A stretch of DNA of 64,000 nucleotides, taken from the NCBI RefSeq assembly GCF_018350175.1, contig NC_058368.1:178934001-178998000 (forward strand), in the 5' to 3' direction. A program made the translations under genes and the position numbers. Of the stretch, positions 57,093 to 64,000 are shown piece by piece. The notes under the pieces were generated by a model, which did not search any database, was not told where the DNA came from, and saw only the letters and a program-made list of their open reading frames with translations. Source of the stretch: Felis catus. Taxonomy: Eukaryota. Numbering within the stretch: position 1 is the stretch's first letter; the number at the start of each line of letters is the position of its first letter.

Positions 57093-58155
57093 TAAGGTGA
57101 ATTTTTTTTTTTTATATTGAAAACTACTGGGCTAAGTCATTTGCCAAGACAAGGGCAAAGAGAGAGCATTGGTTTCTGTTAATAAAATGTCTCCAAAGTC
57201 TTTGAGGTTCTATGGTTTCCCCAAGTCATTACCAATGGCCTCTCTTTGTTGCAGATGGGTTTCATTAATTTCTAGGCTTTGGTGGATTTCCATTGCTATT
57301 TGTTTTTGTTTCCAGATATCAACAGACTGGAGAAAGGGGGGGCAATGAAACAACAGGGTCAAAAATTATTTTCATAAAGAGAGGGGGCCAGTTAATGATG
57401 GGAGAAAATGACAGCACACAGGTACCCCCCCCCCACACACACACACACCATCCTCTTAGCAAGTTGCTGTATTTGCACAGGATTTTAGTTATTTGTGTTT
57501 GTTACAAAGGACTTGAGGGTACTGTTGACCTTCCCTTCCACAAACCACTCTGATGGATCCAGCCAGCCCATCACTGATCTGCTAGGTAGGACCTCAAATG
57601 AGATCACAATTCTGCAAAGAGGAAAGAAGTCACAAAATGCTTTCCTGGGTGACTCAGCACCAGTCTGGGGAGGGGGAAGGCAGTCGTTTAAGTGTGGAAT
57701 GCTTGTCCTTTGAAAAAGTTCTCCCTAAAGAGTGAGTAGAAGGAATGGCCAAAGCTGATGAGCAAAAGGGTAGAAGAGAGAAGTAAATAACTGGCATTTG
57801 CTGATATGAATTAGAACCAACATTGCCTTATAAGAGGGAAGCAATGCAGTGATACAGAGAAATGCACTGAATGACATGGTCAGAAGTTTTAATAATCTCA
57901 CCTCTTCTACTCATTTGCAAAGTCCCTCAGTTTCCCTCCCTATGGAGTGGGGGTAAGAGTAACTGACTCATCTCACGGGCTTATTGTCAGCATAAAGAAA
58001 ACCTCAGATATGAAAGTGCTTAAACATTTATTAAGCCCTCCAGAAATGTGAGATCCTAGTATCATGGGTTTCTTGTTTCTTTATTTGTCATGCAACTCCA
58101 GAACATTGCTACCCAAGAGAGGGGCAGTGCTATGCTGTAGGAAATAAGTAGCTAG

Positions 58156-58452
<297 letters not shown>

Positions 58453-59542
58453 TAGGAAATGTTAACATCTGGTTCCAAGACAGACATTGCTTTGTGTCCT
58501 TACAATAAGATCTGTGAGCAAATCCTTTTAATCACCCTACATTTATTGCACACTAAGTATAGGCACCACAACTAAGCTCCACATGCATATTTGCAACTCA
58601 TTTCACAATTGCACCTTGTGAGGCAGGTGTTAATGTCCTCAGGGAAGTTGAGCCATTTGACCCAGCTTGCATTAAACATTTTCAGAGAACAGAACAGGTC
58701 AGACTCAGGACTCAAGTCCAGATCTTTCTGATGACAAGCCCTATGATCTCAATTATTCCACCACGCTGCCCCTTCCTCACAGTAGCAGTCACCTGCCAAG
58801 CATGCACTATGTGTCAAGAATCGAGCTAAGCACTTTGTGTTCATTACTAAGGACATCATTTCCTTCTGGCAGAGCGTAAGGTTGCTGCAATAAAGTAGAT
58901 TTTTATAAGCGGTTGATGGGAAAAATCATATAATGATAAGTACACTAAACTTGAAGTCAAAATCTCCAAGTTTGATGCCTGCTAAATTACCTGGGGCTCA
59001 GTTGCCTCACCTATGGAGTGGGAACAATTATCCCTATTAAGTGTTGCCAAGAGGAGCAAATAAGATCAGATAAGTGAAAGTCTTTTGTAACTGCAAACTT
59101 CTATACAAATCCAAGGGCTTATTACTGTTATTACTAGAAAGATCAATGCCCCCTTAGCTGGAAGTCCACTTTTGGTGGCACAGTAGAAAAGTGGTCAAAA
59201 GCAGTCATTTCAGTTGATGGCATCTAATTTTGTTTGACTAAAGTATACAGTTTTGCTCTCTCTATTACTTTTTCTGTCTTGGAGGAGAAAAGCAGCAAGA
59301 GCCTGAGCAAATTGAAGCCCAAATTGTGTTGCCAGTGTCTTTTTAAAATCTCTCATTCTCTTTAGCAGAATCCTGAGACTTTGTCCTAACAAGGGATTGG
59401 GGGTAGGCAGAGGGGTGCTGGAACAGGAAGTCAGGAGCCTCCTACACTTAGATGAGGTCTTGGGCATTTTCTAAGTGCACCTTATATCCCCCCGTCTTAA
59501 GCAAATTTTCTAATCACTAGAACAAAAATTATCAAATGTCTA

Positions 59543-59750
59543 GGGGAACCTGGGTGGCTCAGTTGGTTAAGCTTCCCACTCTTGATTTTGGCTCAAGTCA
59601 TGATCTTACAGTTTGTGAGTTTGAACCTCACCTCTGACTCTGTGCTATCAGGGCTTGAGATTCTCTCTCTCTCCCTCTCTCTCTGCCCCTCCCCAACTTG
59701 TTCTCTCTCTCTCTCTCTCAAAATAAAAATATATTTTTACATAAACATAA
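59543..59750 (+). mobile_element. Can-SINE
   Basis: ggggaacctgggtggctcagttggttaagc; degenerate TSD aaaaattatcaaatgtcta / aaaaattattaattgtcta. Confidence 0.9.
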
Positions 59751-62329
59751 AAAAATTATTAATTGTCTATACATTTAGGAAGGGCAAAAAACTATTCACC
59801 ATAAACAAGAAGAATTATTTTTAACTAACCTCCATTTAAATTTTGGATGATCTCTATTTTTTTTTTTTTCAGCAGCAGATGATGTATTTTCTACTATCTT
59901 AAGATGACTTTTTATTTAGCTCTGTAAGTGAAAAGGACAAGTGGTTATTTCCCAATCTACTGTGAGCTTCATGGCCTGGCCTTGGGCAAATCATTTCTGG
60001 CCTCTGAGTTTCTTCATCTGAAAAATGAGGGCCTTTAATTAGATGGTCCCTATGGTTCCTTTCAGTTCTGACATTCTGATATTTTATGCTAAATTGAAAG
60101 TGGCAATATTTGACTAAACTATGACCTTCCAACAAGTCTGAGAATGTTTGCATTTTTCTGGTACTTACTTCAAACATCCCAAGCAAACATTCTAAATTAA
60201 GTGACACCCCTGGATGGGTTAGCAAATCGTCACACCCACATCCCTTTCCAGTTTTTCAAGAACAGCTATTGTATGTATCCAACCCTTATTACCATTCAAA
60301 AGCAGACTGCTCTCCCAGACATTATCTACAGTCTTGTATCTAAGCCATTGCAGAACGGGCAATTAATTTGATGAAAGCAAAGAGATCAGAACAACATCCC
60401 CGTCAGGGTAACAGTGGGAAGATGAGAGTTGTCAATTTTTTTTTAACATTTCAAATGACTTCAAACCTTGTGTTGTGCCCTGGAAAGTCAAATCTTACAA
60501 ACTAATGAATAAGTGATGTGAAATATTCATCCTCAGGCCTTGTTAAGCTGCAGTCTCTCTCCTTGGTGATGGATGGGCCCAGTGCACATCACTGTACATA
60601 AAGTACATGGGCGTGTGATGAGTTGCCTGCTGGGTCTTCTATGGAGATGTTGCTGCTAAGTTAACAACATAAGGTTTTCCAAGTGGCCCCATCAGCCAAA
60701 GGCTATGGCTCTGCTACATGTGAGGTCATCAGTTCTATCCCATTCATTCTCCCTGCTCTACGAGCCTTCTGGGTGCCCCCACCCCATGTCTCCTTGGCTT
60801 TCTTCTTACCGGGGATCATTCTGGCAGACCCTACCTCACCAAGGAGAATAGCACTAACACCAATGCCTACAGAATCCATGCATAGCTCTCAGGGGCTCTC
60901 AGGGGCTTCTATACAGCCGGCAGAATGGACTCTTTGTTAATGTGACTGCCATAGGTACCAAGGCAAGAGTGTGGGAATTGCCTCTAGATGTCTCAAGCTG
61001 GTTGCAGGCTATTTAGTCCCCAGTCACTCTCCTCACCTCTCCTTAGTATTAATCCTAGGACAAGTTACTCAAAGGATTGGGTGAATGCCCATGTGGTATC
61101 TAATGTGGTTCCAACATTAGACAACATTGAATTACCTGGTGAGAAGGTTGTCCTTTTTTCAAATTTATTTCTATCCTTCTGCTTATCTAGGTGGGGGGGT
61201 GGGGTGGAATCTGAATTTGGTACTAGAATATCTTCAAAGCCTTTCTAATGCTTGCTTATCACATGCCTTTGCCAAGAGAGAGCAGCTCTCAGGTTCATAG
61301 CCATAGGCAAGCAATAGTATCCGGCCAGAAGGTAATCATTTTACATGTTTTACTTAAGTTTTTACCTTTGAAAACTAGTCCCCCCTATATATCCATTGCA
61401 AGTGATACAGGTCTCCATTTTCAAAAGTGATATTACTTGTTTTGTATAAATGTTCAAGTTTAAAAGTGAATTGATTTAGAGAGGGAAAAAAAACAAGTAA
61501 ATAATTGTGCAGATGGCATGGGGAGTTTCACAAAGACCTTAGAGGTGGTACATAAAGGATGAAGTTTGGGAAATGCTGTCCTAAGGGATAAGCTCCCTTC
61601 CCTTTTCTCAAGGGCCTGGGGTCCCTCCATGCCATATTCCTCTTCCTGTTCTCTGCTTTTCTAGCACTTCATCTTCACATCCACGGCCACGGACACTCTA
61701 AAAATAATCACAGAGCCTCTTCGGAGGTCTTTGGCTACACCGATCATGCATTTATTTTCTGTACGTAGATCCCAGGAAAATAGCTGCTTGGTTTAAGCTG
61801 TAAAATGTCTCAAATGTTTTAAGGAAAAAAATAGGAAGTCTTTCTCAGAAAAAAAAATTCTCCTCCCATCTAAGTGTGTTGCTTAGGAAATGGAAACAAG
61901 GTTCAGGCTACACATTTACCATTTGAAATGGCTGAAGGAATGAGGTTGGCTACGTAGGGTTTGAAAGGTGCTAGAGAGCAGAGAGCAGCAGAAAATCTGC
62001 AGTTTGTGAGAAAGTCGACCTGGACGGCTGTCTCCTGCCTCCTCTGCTCGTCCTTAGCCTCTTTTCATGGCTGTCACTACGCTCATGGGTCTGAAGTTTA
62101 TTTCTGTGACACCACCCTTCCCTACCTTTCCATGAGCTTGCTCTTTCCCCTTCTCTCTCTCTCTCTCTCTCTCTGTGTCTCTCTCTCTCTGTGTACCTAT
62201 GAATATTTCCATATTTGTATCTCAAAACCACCTCAGATTCACCATTTATCAAAACACACTCCTTATTTTCTCCTACAAAATTAATTCTCTTCCTGTTATT
62301 TAGTTTGCTCAACACCATTGACCATGGCT

Positions 62330-63000
62330 CCATAAACTATAGTCCCCACTGCCTCACTCTTCTCCCTCACAACACACATCAAATAGGCTACCAATTCTAC
62401 TTGCTAAATCCATCCCCTTTAGCTTCAGCCCCTCTGTCTCTGGTCAAGGCCCTCATCACCTGTCACTTGAATGCTACCTCATCTTGTTGCCATCAGTCCC
62501 TTTTGCCCCATCCCAAGTAATCCTCCACATAGATTGCTAAATTACCCAAAAAGTAAAATCTTAACATGTCACTCCCCTGCTAAACAATCTTGCCGTGGTT
62601 CCTGCTGTTGCATTTAGCTAATTTTTCAAGGCTCTTTGAATGTGATACTAACCTTCTCACCTGCTGGGTCTCCTATTTCTCCCCAGTCACAAGGAACTGG
62701 GCTAGCTTCAAATACTGGGTGTTCTATCACATGTTGGTGCTTTTGCATAAGTCCCCTCATTTCCTGGAATGTCTTTTCCACCCTGCTTTGTCTGGGAATT
62801 TCCTCATGTTGTTCCTCTGGATAACCTTACATTCCTTCCTATGGAGGATCCCCATGGCATGCATGTCCCTCTGCTATACCATTTATCCTATTGCATTATA
62901 ATGTAGTGTTGATGAGTTTCTTTCCTTCAGTAAATGGCTAATATCTCCAAGTTGTGGGACAGTGTCTAATTCATAGTTGTCACTCAGTAGATACTTGTCA
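62330..63000 (+). mobile_element. L2 fragment
   Basis: ctggtcaaggccctcatcacctgtcac...catgtcactcccctgctaaa...ttcctggaatgtcttttcc...gggacagtgtct. Confidence 0.65.
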
Positions 63001-63546
63001 AAAAAGGGAACACTATATTGACTGGGGCAAAGATAAAAAGCAGTGGTGGGATTGAGACATTTAGATTGTCCAAAAGTAAAGCCATTATTACCATTTGTGT
63101 GTGCCCCGACCCTTAGTTAATTAATGAAATGTTCTTATTAGGGAAGGAAGGCTTCTATGCAGCAGGTCCTCAGTAGATAATTTTGAACTGAATCATACAC
63201 CTGAATGTAATACAGAGATTGTCAATTTTCAAATACCTGGATTGCTACATACTCTCAACAAGACGGAACCTAATCAAATCTTCTTTTGATGACTCAGAGA
63301 GCTTGTTGCAATTTCACAGGACATTGAGATCCTCGTTCATCATGGCCATCCAATATTACTGCCCAGTACACTTCTGTACTGGCTGTGGTAAAAAGGCAAA
63401 GTTTGATTTGTGGCAAACCACAAACTCCCTCCATGCTCCAGTATCTCCCTTCTCTGGTATCTGATCTGCCCCCAATGATGTCTTTGGAAGAGGAGATTAA
63501 GACATTAGAGAGCTGTGGTCTTTCTTGGTAAAATATCAAAACCCAA

Positions 63547-63997
63547 TGTGGTGAGCAGAATAATGGCCCCACAAGATATTCACATTCTAATTCCTGGGCA
63601 CTGTCAATATATTACCTCACATGGCAAAATAAACTTTGCGATGTGATTAAGGATCCTGGGATGGGATGAGTGTCCTGGATCGTCCAGGTGAGCCCAATTT
63701 AATCATAAGGATCTCTATAAAGGGAAGAGAGAAACAGGGGATACAGAGTCAGAGGAGGTACGCAATGGAAGCAGAAGGTGAAGAGAGGTATCACAAGCAA
63801 AGAATGTGGACAGCCTCTGAAAGGTGGAAAAAGCAAGGGACAAAACTTCTCACAGAGCCTCCAGAAGGAACAGAGATTTGCTGACACCATAACTTAGAGT
63901 TCTGGGGACTTCTGATCTCCAGAACTCTGAGAGTACCACTGGTGTTGTTTGTCACCACTCATGTGTGGTGATTTGTTTCAGCAGCAATAATAATACA
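63547..63997 (+). mobile_element. MaLR solo LTR (MLT1D-like)
   Basis: TG...CA ends; tgtggtgagcagaataatggcccc...ttacctcacatggcaaaa...gacttctgatctccagaact...tttgtttcagcagcaata..aataca. Confidence 0.85.
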
Positions 63998-64000
63998 ACC

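Overview
Mammalian genomic DNA from a cat-family carnivore, judged from the young feline-type Can-SINEs and L1 3' ends. The only protein-coding sequence I can support is INSYN2B (FAM196B) on the + strand. It has a ~2.2-kb exon (acceptor before 54865, ATG 55746, donor after 57091) and a 75-nt exon (58218-58292); the first and last exons lie outside the window. From known mammalian synteny the whole window should sit in one very large DOCK2 intron on the - strand, and I see no DOCK2 coding exon. The rest is intronic: many Can-SINEs with target-site duplications (TSDs), a three-level nested L1/L1/SINE block at 24.5-30.7 kb, older MIR/L2/MER/MLT repeats and microsatellites. I found no convincing new biological system. 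The most interesting observations are four LC8-type QT/QV motifs plus a coiled coil in INSYN2B, an ATG-dense 5' UTR with an in-frame uORF ending 6 nt before the start, two short non-tandem local duplications ~1.6 kb apart, a probable twin-primed L1, a tailless tRNA-Ile half retrocopy and a candidate poison exon on the DOCK2 strand. Repeat subfamily names come from recognition by eye and need RepeatMasker/Dfam confirmation.
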